64,000 nucleotides of DNA from Candidatus Poribacteria bacterium (GTDB lineage Bacteria > Poribacteria > WGA-4E > PCPOR2b). Under the pieces are notes generated by a model. It did not search any database. It saw only the letters and a program-made list of their open reading frames with translations, and was not told the DNA's origin. A program made the translations under genes and the position numbers. The stretch lies in the NCBI GenBank assembly GCA_021295755.1, contig JAGWBT010000002.1, positions 7,256 through 71,255 on the forward strand, in the 5' to 3' direction. Below are positions 50,788 to 59,451 of this stretch, piece after piece (position 1 is the first letter of the stretch; every line of letters starts with the position of its first letter).

Positions 50788-50897
50788 CGTAAGATTTGGC
50801 CCTTGGTAGACTCTCACGCTCAAACCGACGCATCTCCTCTCGGATCTACAAATTCCTGATACCTCCTCGGCGTATTTTTACGGTTAACAGTTTATGT

Positions 50898-50913
50898 TGG
50901 CATAGATTGTGCT
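50898..50913 (+). promoter_or_regulatory. putative sigma54 promoter
   Basis: TGGCATAGATTGTGCT with GG/GC at -24/-12 spacing, 47 nt before ATG 50960. Confidence 0.45.
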
Positions 50914-50959
50914 TGCCTTACAAACCGTATTTTTACGTTTGACGTTTCCGGGGGATACC

Positions 50960-53281
50960 ATGAAACGCTTGATTTCATCATTTTCAGTCTTTTTCGCCGT
51001 CCTTTTCTGTGTAAACAGCTATGCTGAGTTCTCTCACCAATTTCTGTTTGGACATACTGGACGGGCGCTTTCCGTTGCGTTTAGTCTTGATGGAAGGTGG
51101 CTCGCTTCTGGTGGTGCAAATGAAATTCTCATCTGGGAAATCGGTGTCAGTGAACCAATGTATACCCTGACTGGACATACAGGCAAAGTCGAAGACCTCG
51201 CTTTCCGCTCCAACGGCAATCTTGTATCTGCGTCCCTTGATGGAACGGTGCGATTGTGGAATATACAGGCGCAACAAGAGATTCGTGCGTTTGAGGGACA
51301 TGTTGGACAGGTCACGTCTGTGGATTTTAATTCCGATGGGAGCCGCATCGTTTCTGGATCACGAGATCGGACGCTCAAACTGTGGGAAGCGGACACTGGT
51401 GCACTTATAACAACTCTTGAAGGGCATACAGACGTTGTCTGGTCTGTTGCATTTAGTCCAGATGGCGGCATAATCGCCTCCGGATCAGAGGATGGCACTG
51501 TGCGTCTGTGGAATGCCTCTGATGGTTCACAACTTCATAGCTTGACTGGACATATGCAAGGGATTCTTTCTGTTGCATTCCATCCGGACGGTAATCTCAT
51601 CGCGTCGGGGGCTAGGGATGGAACTGTCCGACTGTGGAACATCAATACGGCGGCACCCGGTGACAGGATCGGGGAGACGGAACCGTTTGCGACCTATGAC
51701 CGCCAAGTGATGTCAGTTCGTTTTAATCCTAACGGACGCCTCCTCGCTGTGGGGCTACTAAATTCACCGGCTGACAACACCCTCAAACTGTGGGATGTTT
51801 CTACCCGCTCTGAACTCCAATCTTTCGACACGCAAATCATACACGATCTCTCGTTCAGTCCAACTAGTCCTCAACTAGCAGTCGTAGGGGCAGCCGAGGG
51901 AACGATCATTATCTGGAATTCAAGTCATTTAAGGCCGGTGCTCGTTGAACCACAAGGAGGCAAGTTTGTCAAACCTTCACAAATCAACTTGAAATGGGGA
52001 GCCGTTAAAGATGCAGTCTACTACGATATTGCAATTTCCAGCGATTCAAACTTTATTACTGCGAACACACGATTAATAACTGCTACTGTCAACGAGCTAT
52101 CCTTTGATGCTGAGAACAATATCTCCCACTATTGGTGGCGCGTTCGTACCGGCAGCTTCGGCAGAGTCAGTGATTGGTCTGAGGTCCGGGACTTCCAAGC
52201 CCTAGGTTGTGTGGTGAGGATAGTTCCCTCGGTTCGGCGGATCAATTTAGGAGAGGAGTTTGCGGTTGACGTTTTCGTCGAATCCGTCATCGACTTAAGA
52301 GGGTTTGAGTTCGATTTGCAATGGACCAATCCTGATGCGCTAACGTTTGTGACTGTCACCAAGTTCCGAACTATTTTTGGAGAATCTGGAATTGGACATC
52401 AGCCGACAGAGCCACCAGACCAGATAAATGGGATATACAAAGATGTCAGTGCTGCCATAACAGGCGCTAGCGGAATAACTGGTAGCGGCATCATGTTGGG
52501 CGCTTCATTTCGGGCAAAAGCCGTTGGATTGAGCAAAATTCAGTTGCGAAATCTTATTCTTGTCGACTCAAATGAGGAGCGAATCGATTGTGAAATTCAC
52601 GAGTTAAAAGTGATTGTCGAAGACCCCGTTCAACCGTGGGATGTCAACGTCGATGGGGTTGTGAACATCTTCGATCTTAGCATTGTCGTGCGATCCATAG
52701 GGCAGCCAATTCCGACAGACTTGGATATTTATCCAGATGTCAATGGTGACGGTGTTATCGATATCAACGATTCTGTACTAGTAAGTGCACATTTTGGTGA
52801 ATCCTATCAGACTGATGAAACCCGTGCTGCTCCGCAAGCCGCCGGTGAATCCCTGTACTTAATTCCACCATCGATACGCAAGCAGCTTGAATCAATTTAC
52901 CGCGAACTCTTGTTGATGCCTAACAATTCTCCAGAGTTTATCCGGGCTAGACAGGTTTTGCAATATCTCCTTTTCCCACCGGTCCCGGTGCATAATCAGT
53001 TGCTGCAAAACTATCCTAACCCATTCAATCCAGAAACGTGGATTCCTTTCCACCTTGCTTCAGCCGGTCAGGTCACGATTGGGATCTATGATACTACTGC
53101 GACGCTTATCCGTCAGCTCGACTTGGGATACCTGATGCCCGGACACTATCTGACTCGAGGCAAGGCAGCGTACTGGGATGGAAGGAATGTATATGGTGAG
53201 CCTGTCGCCAGCGGGATCTATTTCTACACACTTTCCACAGCGTCCTTCCATGCAACCCGGAAAATGATTATCGGCAAATAG
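50960..53281 (+). CDS. secreted WD40-repeat protein with FN3-like, cohesin, dockerin and T9SS-CTD/FlgD-like C-terminal domains
   Basis: Signal peptide; about 7 GH..WD-type repeats; EEFAVDV..GFEFDL cohesin; DVNVDGVVNIFD and DVNGDGVIDIND dockerin; LLQNYPNPFNPETWIPF..VASGIYFY. Confidence 0.85.
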   Translation: MKRLISSFSVFFAVLFCVNSYAEFSHQFLFGHTGRALSVAFSLDGRWLASGGANEILIWEIGVSEPMYTLTGHTGKVEDLAFRSNGNLVSASLDGTVRLWNIQAQQEIRAFEGHVGQVTSVDFNSDGSRIVSGSRDRTLKLWEADTGALITTLEGHTDVVWSVAFSPDGGIIASGSEDGTVRLWNASDGSQLHSLTGHMQGILSVAFHPDGNLIASGARDGTVRLWNINTAAPGDRIGETEPFATYDRQVMSVRFNPNGRLLAVGLLNSPADNTLKLWDVSTRSELQSFDTQIIHDLSFSPTSPQLAVVGAAEGTIIIWNSSHLRPVLVEPQGGKFVKPSQINLKWGAVKDAVYYDIAISSDSNFITANTRLITATVNELSFDAENNISHYWWRVRTGSFGRVSDWSEVRDFQALGCVVRIVPSVRRINLGEEFAVDVFVESVIDLRGFEFDLQWTNPDALTFVTVTKFRTIFGESGIGHQPTEPPDQINGIYKDVSAAITGASGITGSGIMLGASFRAKAVGLSKIQLRNLILVDSNEERIDCEIHELKVIVEDPVQPWDVNVDGVVNIFDLSIVVRSIGQPIPTDLDIYPDVNGDGVIDINDSVLVSAHFGESYQTDETRAAPQAAGESLYLIPPSIRKQLESIYRELLLMPNNSPEFIRARQVLQYLLFPPVPVHNQLLQNYPNPFNPETWIPFHLASAGQVTIGIYDTTATLIRQLDLGYLMPGHYLTRGKAAYWDGRNVYGEPVASGIYFYTLSTASFHATRKMIIGK

Positions 53282-53294
53282 GAGAAGTATTTCA

Positions 53295-53678
53295 ATGAAG
53301 AACAGGTCTCGTTCTTTATTGCTTGCAGAGCAATATCTCGGTAAGGAGGTCTCAATTATTATGGACAGACCTCTCGGCAGCAACCATCCTAAACACGGTT
53401 TCGTCTATGAGGTCAATTACGGCTATGTTCCCGGAACACAATCCGCTGACGGTGAAGAATTAGATGCATATTATTTAGGGGTCAGCCGACCTCTACGTGT
53501 AGCAGAAGGTAGATGTATTGCCATTATCCATCGGTTGAACGACGACGATGACAAGTTAATTGTTGTTCCTGAAACCCACATAGATTTAACGGACGGCGAA
53601 ATCGCCAAAGCCGTCAACTTTCAAGAACAGTGGTTTGATTGTGAAATTCGTCGGACACGCGCTTCAAGTAACTGTTGA
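53295..53678 (+). CDS. inorganic pyrophosphatase family protein (short form)
   Basis: DRPLGS.HP, YEVNYGYVPGT..DGEELDAY, DDDKLIV. Confidence 0.8.
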   Translation: MKNRSRSLLLAEQYLGKEVSIIMDRPLGSNHPKHGFVYEVNYGYVPGTQSADGEELDAYYLGVSRPLRVAEGRCIAIIHRLNDDDDKLIVVPETHIDLTDGEIAKAVNFQEQWFDCEIRRTRASSNC

Positions 53679-53703
53679 CCAAGACAACAAATGGTAATAA
53701 AGT

Positions 53704-54150
53704 TAGGACTTACGCACATGGTCAAAAAATAGGTTATAATAACGCAAGGTGCTAGGACGGATCATTACATGATTTTTACACATTAGGACTTACGCACTTC
53801 AGAGTTTTGACCTGTAAGGGACCTGACAAATCCCTGACATTTGGCGAGGTTATGGTGCCATTTCAGTGAAAAACGGTTCATAAATATTGTGTATTTGGCA
53901 GTTCAAAAAGCCATCTACACGCACCTTCTGTTGCGTGGTAAAAATCTACAAACGCCCTGAAGCTAGGCCCCATCAGGGTTCAAAGAGACATCCACCAAAG
54001 ATGAACCCCCGATGGGAGGGTGAATTTTTTTCTGGGACCTAACAGGGCCCTGCCAAATTGCCGAATCGTGCCGGTGGGGCATTGAAACGGAACCGAGTAT
54101 CGGGACTAGCCGAAGGGGTTGGATTTTACCGTTCAACTGCGTAAGTCCTA
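53704..54150. mobile_element. MITE-like element(s) with 13-bp terminal inverted repeats
   Basis: TAGGACTTACGCA at 53704 and 53784, TGCGTAAGTCCTA at 54138-54150; AAAGT flanks both outer ends; non-coding interior. Confidence 0.7.
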
Positions 54151-54186
54151 AAAGTAATTAGCATTGTTAGTTTGGATATCTACACA

Positions 54187-57100
54187 ATGAGTGCATTTCT
54201 CTATTTTTTTCAATCTTTTCATCTACGCATCGACTTATTTTCCAAATATAGTTTTCACTTCCCGTTTCGCCTTTCACCTGTCGCGTTCTCTATTATTCTT
54301 TTCCTTCTGGTACCTGACACCACATTTGCCCAGCAAAACTTTCAATGGCGAAATTTCACACGATTCAGCGATAATAATCTAATCAGCAACAATGTGAGAA
54401 CTATCGTTGAGGATCGGTCCGGGCAAATTTGGATAGGAACAGACAGGGGATTAAGCCGTTTAGACGGCTTCTGGCACGAAGCCGGTAGGTCGAATGGGGG
54501 ACCCCAAAGTGCTGATATTTTCAAGGTATTTGAAGACAATATGGGCTTCATTTGGGTTGCGACGGAGGCGGGAGTTTATCGAGGAGTATGGGACAATTCA
54601 CAAGGACAGGTTGATTGGTTACAACATTATACCCAGGGAACGGGATTGATCGGTATCGGTGAGCGTGTTGTGACAATGATCCAACGCCAAAATGGCGAAA
54701 TCTGGGTTGGGACGCCGATTGGGGTCAACTGGTTTGATGGTTCGGCTTGGCACTCTGTGGATAGCGCAGAAGTTGGACAACTCAATCAAGGCGTACAGAT
54801 TATCTATGAAGATAAGGCTGGGGTCCTCTGGTTTGGTCTTTCACAGAGCAACCGTCTCCAAAGTGGAAATCTTATCAGTCGTTTCAATAACGGGGGCTGG
54901 GAAATTTTTAGCGTGAACGATGGCTTACCGAATGGTGATGTGCAGGCGATTTTGGAGGACAGATTCGGCAATCTTTGGATCGGTACAACGGCTGGTGCGG
55001 CGGTTTACGATGGTTCAGCTTGGCATGTTGTAACGGCAGAAGATGGGCTTCTGATCGGAAGCAATGTGCAAGCCATAATGAGCGATGGGGAAGGAACAAT
55101 CTGGATTGGGACCACTGCTGGCATCAGCCAATTTTACCCGCTTGCACAATTTTCCCCAACGGCACTCCGTGATTTAGGACGTTGGCGGCATCTGACCAGA
55201 GCGAACGGTTTGGCAAGCAACAATATTCAAGCCCTGTTTGAAACACGAACCGGCGAGATCTGGGTTGGGACACGCGATAATGGGGTCAATTTTTCAGATC
55301 GATCTTGGACATCGATTACTATAGATGACGGATTAAGTCACAATAGTGTGACAGCGATGCTGAAGGACCGGCGGGGTAGGCTTTGGATCGGAACACGCAG
55401 TGGATTGAGCTACTATACGCAGAATAGGATTGAGTTGGTCACCGAGACACCGGGAAATGAGGTTCGGGCGTTAGCCGAGGATCTTCGGGATCGAATCTGG
55501 GTTGGTACGAACGCTGGTATAGGCATTTTCGATGGAGTATCGTGGGAAGTTTTTCGGATTCCAGATATCAACGTCAATAGTGTTCAATCCATTATTGCCG
55601 ATTCAGTTGGCGATGTTTGGGCTGCTACGGGTTTCTTGCCGACCGATGACCTCCCCGGTTTGGACCGTTATGATGGGCAACAGTGGGAAAGAAATCAATT
55701 TCTGGAAATTGACCGAACAATCGTCGTTATGTTCACAGACTCGCAGGGGCGGCTCTACTTTGGTACGGTTGGCAACGAAGAAGGTGGTAGCGATTTGTGG
55801 GTTTACGATGGACGAAATTTACACAATTTTTACAGCCTGCCTAAACCATTCTCGATTCACACAATTTTAGAGGTGCCTAGCGGCGAAATCTGGGTTGGAA
55901 CAGATACCGGCATCCAGATTTTTGACAAACAGACTTTGAATCTCACTGTTTCGCTGACAACCACCGATAGATTGGCAGATAACCGTGTGCAGGCACTTTA
56001 CCGCGATGGAGATAATCGAATCTGGATCGGAACCGCAGATGGTGTCAGTTTATTCCAAAACGGCCGGTTTGAACGGACACTGACTGCGAATGATGGACTC
56101 AACAGCAACAACATTTCTGCAATCGCCGAAGTGGATGGGCTACTCTGGTTTGGTAGTAGGGATAACGGTGGGTTAAGCATCTTCAGTCCGGAGAAGGCTC
56201 CACCTCGTACAAGAATTACCGATGATAGTCCGCAAAACGGCGAGATTGTTGGAGAGACAAGTGTTGTCTTTAAGTTTGAAGGAGGCGATGCTAGTACGCC
56301 AACTGGGGAACTTCGTTATCTCTACCAACTTGACGATGGACCGCTAATCCCCACTGACGATGAGGGCGAGGATAAACGGGCAGTATTATCAGGTCTCACA
56401 GAGGGACCGCATCGTTTTACGGTTTATGCCATTGATAGGGAAGGCAACCGGGATTTGACGGGGGCAAGCAGGGAGTTTGTGATTGACTCCCTCGCTCCGA
56501 CCGTGATCATTACCGCGCCAAAAGCAAACGCTGTGATTGGCGACGTTTATGAAATCAAAGGTACTGCGACTGATGCAACAGATTTTCTGGATTACCAGAT
56601 CCGTATCTTTCCCGGTGATTCTATTTCAGGTGAATCCCTGCCTCCTTTTGTTTCAACAGCGCCTGTTACAGACGACACACTTTATCGTTGGGATACACGA
56701 ACGGCGGCCGCCGGTTTATACACGATTGAGTTGATAGCGAGGGATACTCCGAATGGTGATTACGATAAGGAACCGCATCTTGCGACTACGTCGGTTACGG
56801 TCGAAGTTGATAGACTCCGCCCGCAGGTCGAAATCCTTTCTCCCGCTGAGAACGAACAGGTGCGACAGAGAATCGAGATCCGTGGCACCGCAGATGACCG
56901 AAATTTCAAGGAATATATCCTTGAATATGGGGCCGGGGAATCTCCTGATACTTGGTTGCCTATCTCCAAACCGCCGGCGTTTTCCAACCCTGTCACCCGT
57001 GATGTACTAGCACTGTGGGATGCACCGAACTTATCAGGACGATATACCTTGCGGTTGATTGTGGAAGATACAGCAGGACATAGAGAAGTTGATCAGGTGC

Positions 57101-57819
57101 ATATATTTTTCAATCCGAATATAGATCGTGAAATCGGTGGCATAGTGGCAAGCCATGACAATCGTGCCAAAATCACTTTTCCGCCGAACAGCTTGCCACG
57201 GACAACTGTTGTGACAATAAATCCGGTGGCAGAGAAATCTTCGCTCCCTGTTTCCCCGATACCCTTTCAGGCTTACGATTTTGCGCCTGAGGATTTACGG
57301 CTACACCAGTTGAAACCGGCGACCCTCCAATTTTCCGTTGAAGATGCAGCACTACTTTCGAGCTCTAAAATAAAAGAGGCCTTGACAATCACTCACTGGG
57401 ATGGCAAAACATGGCGTCCTATTGGTGGGACAATTAATGCACAGCGCGGAACAATCTCAACGGTGGTTTCGGTCCTTGGACGATATGCCATCACAACAAG
57501 ACCTGCTGTAGAAACGGATGAAAACACAATTATCTCCGATTTAACCTGCCAACCACGGGTATTCTCACCTAGCCGGGAATCAACGTGGATCTCATTTCGA
57601 TTGAATCGTCCTGATGATATAACGATTAAAATCTATAATGAAGCCGGACGCTTGCGACGTTTACTAAGAGAATCGGAACCCTTGTCGGTGGGAGGACATG
57701 TTTTCGAGTGGGACGGGCATGATGATGACAACCGGCGGGTCGTCAGCAATTTTTACTTCGTCACCGTTGAGAGCGAGGGAGCGTTGGGGACAAAAGTTGT
57801 TGTAGTACAGAATGATTAA
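54187..57819 (+). CDS. secreted Reg_prop beta-propeller protein with Ig-like domains and a FlgD/CTD-like C-terminus (PorZ-like architecture)
   Basis: Many L..N.V..I.ED..G.IWIGT repeats; YLYQLD..RFTVYAID; PRVFSP..IKIYN..G..WDG.D. Confidence 0.8.
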   Translation: MSAFLYFFQSFHLRIDLFSKYSFHFPFRLSPVAFSIILFLLVPDTTFAQQNFQWRNFTRFSDNNLISNNVRTIVEDRSGQIWIGTDRGLSRLDGFWHEAGRSNGGPQSADIFKVFEDNMGFIWVATEAGVYRGVWDNSQGQVDWLQHYTQGTGLIGIGERVVTMIQRQNGEIWVGTPIGVNWFDGSAWHSVDSAEVGQLNQGVQIIYEDKAGVLWFGLSQSNRLQSGNLISRFNNGGWEIFSVNDGLPNGDVQAILEDRFGNLWIGTTAGAAVYDGSAWHVVTAEDGLLIGSNVQAIMSDGEGTIWIGTTAGISQFYPLAQFSPTALRDLGRWRHLTRANGLASNNIQALFETRTGEIWVGTRDNGVNFSDRSWTSITIDDGLSHNSVTAMLKDRRGRLWIGTRSGLSYYTQNRIELVTETPGNEVRALAEDLRDRIWVGTNAGIGIFDGVSWEVFRIPDINVNSVQSIIADSVGDVWAATGFLPTDDLPGLDRYDGQQWERNQFLEIDRTIVVMFTDSQGRLYFGTVGNEEGGSDLWVYDGRNLHNFYSLPKPFSIHTILEVPSGEIWVGTDTGIQIFDKQTLNLTVSLTTTDRLADNRVQALYRDGDNRIWIGTADGVSLFQNGRFERTLTANDGLNSNNISAIAEVDGLLWFGSRDNGGLSIFSPEKAPPRTRITDDSPQNGEIVGETSVVFKFEGGDASTPTGELRYLYQLDDGPLIPTDDEGEDKRAVLSGLTEGPHRFTVYAIDREGNRDLTGASREFVIDSLAPTVIITAPKANAVIGDVYEIKGTATDATDFLDYQIRIFPGDSISGESLPPFVSTAPVTDDTLYRWDTRTAAAGLYTIELIARDTPNGDYDKEPHLATTSVTVEVDRLRPQVEILSPAENEQVRQRIEIRGTADDRNFKEYILEYGAGESPDTWLPISKPPAFSNPVTRDVLALWDAPNLSGRYTLRLIVEDTAGHREVDQVHIFFNPNIDREIGGIVASHDNRAKITFPPNSLPRTTVVTINPVAEKSSLPVSPIPFQAYDFAPEDLRLHQLKPATLQFSVEDAALLSSSKIKEALTITHWDGKTWRPIGGTINAQRGTISTVVSVLGRYAITTRPAVETDENTIISDLTCQPRVFSPSRESTWISFRLNRPDDITIKIYNEAGRLRRLLRESEPLSVGGHVFEWDGHDDDNRRVVSNFYFVTVESEGALGTKVVVVQND

Positions 57820-58042
57820 TGAATGAAGCGTGAAACGTAAGACGTGAGTGAGGGGATTCTGGAAGCTGAAGCAAATGGCTAAAACGGTTAGAAATATGGT
57901 AAAATTATAAAATCAAAGTTGCCGGCTGTCAAAACTTTTCTTGTCACAGGGTAAATTTCTCGCCAGCGGGTACGTGGGGAATTTCTATTGTCATAGATTT
58001 TAGAATTTGCGTCTCGTTACCTATTAACAAAAAATCACTTTA

Positions 58043-59435
58043 GGGGTAAGTCCTCATCCTTTAGGTTGGGGATACACCCATGCTTTAGCATAGTTTCTTT
58101 CAAGGCTTTAGCCTTGATTCCAATGGTAAAATGTGGTATACATGTGTTGTCTTTCGGTGGGAAGGTATCACGCCACCGCTCGGTGGTGCTTCCCACACCC
58201 TTTGATACAGGATATGAAAGACCGAAAGAACAATCCTCATGTATACAACTAAGAAACTCAAAGTGTCACCGACCCCTGAATTGGATACGCTTGCCCATGA
58301 ATCAGGTTGTTGCTATTCAAAGATAGTTTCGCTGATTCACAAGGTCCGAAAGAAAAAAGGGTTTTGGCTATCTCAAGGAGCCGTCCAAAAGTATATGCGC
58401 TTGCGTGGATGCAATCTTCATTCACAGACAGTGCAAGCGATAATCCAATCCTATTTTGACTCACTCAAGAGTTACTTTCGTGCTGTCAAGAGTAATTGAG
58501 ATGCCAAACCACCGTTTCGGACTCGCCGTTTCTACAAGGTGCGTTGGATACAAAATGGTATTACCTTCATAGATGGTGTTATCCGACTGTCAAATGGTAA
58601 AGGTAATGCGGCTATCCCCCTCAAATCAGATGTAAAGCCAGTGTATGTAGAAGTACTTCCAACGGGGCAGTTACTACTTTTCATTGGTTTACAAAGCACA
58701 AACACCGCCCAAGCGTGAGACGGGTAAAGTGGTTGCTATAGACATGGGTGAAATCCACCCGATAGTTTCTCATGACGGCGACCACACCATAATCTACAAC
58801 GGGCGCGCTTTACGTGCTATTAAGCAATATCTGAACAAAGTGAAGACCATTTTCCAATCCAAAATGGACAAGTGCAAGAAACGGTCTAAACGTTGGTATC
58901 ATCTCAAGCGAGTTAAGCAGAAGATGTTAGCAAAATTGAATGCTCAAATCAATGATGCTGAACATAAAATCACGAGTCGATTCATATCTGACTGCATCAA
59001 GGCGAAGGCAGATACGATAGTGATGGAAGACCTAAATGGCATCCGTGACCAAGCGAAGTTTAGTAAGAAGGCTAACCAGAAGGTGCACCAGTGGGCGTTT
59101 GCCCGACTCCAATTCATGATATGCTACAAAGCAGAACTTGCAGGACTCAAAGTCCAGCTTGTATCTGAGGCATACACCTCTCAGACCTGTCCGCAGTGTG
59201 GCAATCGAAAGAAGCCAACCAGCCGGAACTATCAGTGCAATCACTGCGGCTTTGAATATCACCGAGATGGTGTAGGTGCAATCAACCTCTGGAATAAAGT
59301 ATCGGGATTCATACTGAGTCCCGTAGTTGGGGCGATGGCGTCCCCGATAGGTGTCCGGTTCAATCCACACCTATTTAAACTCGGCTAGCACAGCGTGTAA
59401 GAATCCCCTCCCCTCAGGGTGGGGGAGTACGTCAA
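58043..59435 (+). mobile_element. IS200/IS605-family (IS1341-type, tnpB-only) element; left boundary approximate
   Basis: Left hairpin TCCTCATCCT-TT-AGGTTGGGGA; right end GAATCCCC..GGGGAGTACGTCAA; tnpB inside. Confidence 0.8.
58239..59388 (+). pseudogene. tnpB: TnpB RNA-guided nuclease pseudogene
   Basis: In-frame TGA at 58497 and a frameshift near 58655; RuvC motifs AIDMG, VMEDL, HRDGVGA; Zn finger CPQC..CNHC. Confidence 0.88.
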
Positions 59436-59451
59436 AGAGTCTTCAGTCTCA

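Noticed and set aside
25331..58499. Genome-wide UGA reassignment suggested by in-frame TGAs in the Trx, RT and tnpB genes
   Set aside because: htpG, leuB, pdxH and jag end normally at TGA; the RT and tnpB genes have other lesions, and only the Trx TGA aligns with a catalytic Cys.
59419..59451. ORF-track start of the PorV-like gene
   Set aside because: The GTG lies inside the IS right-end hairpin; the real start is further downstream.
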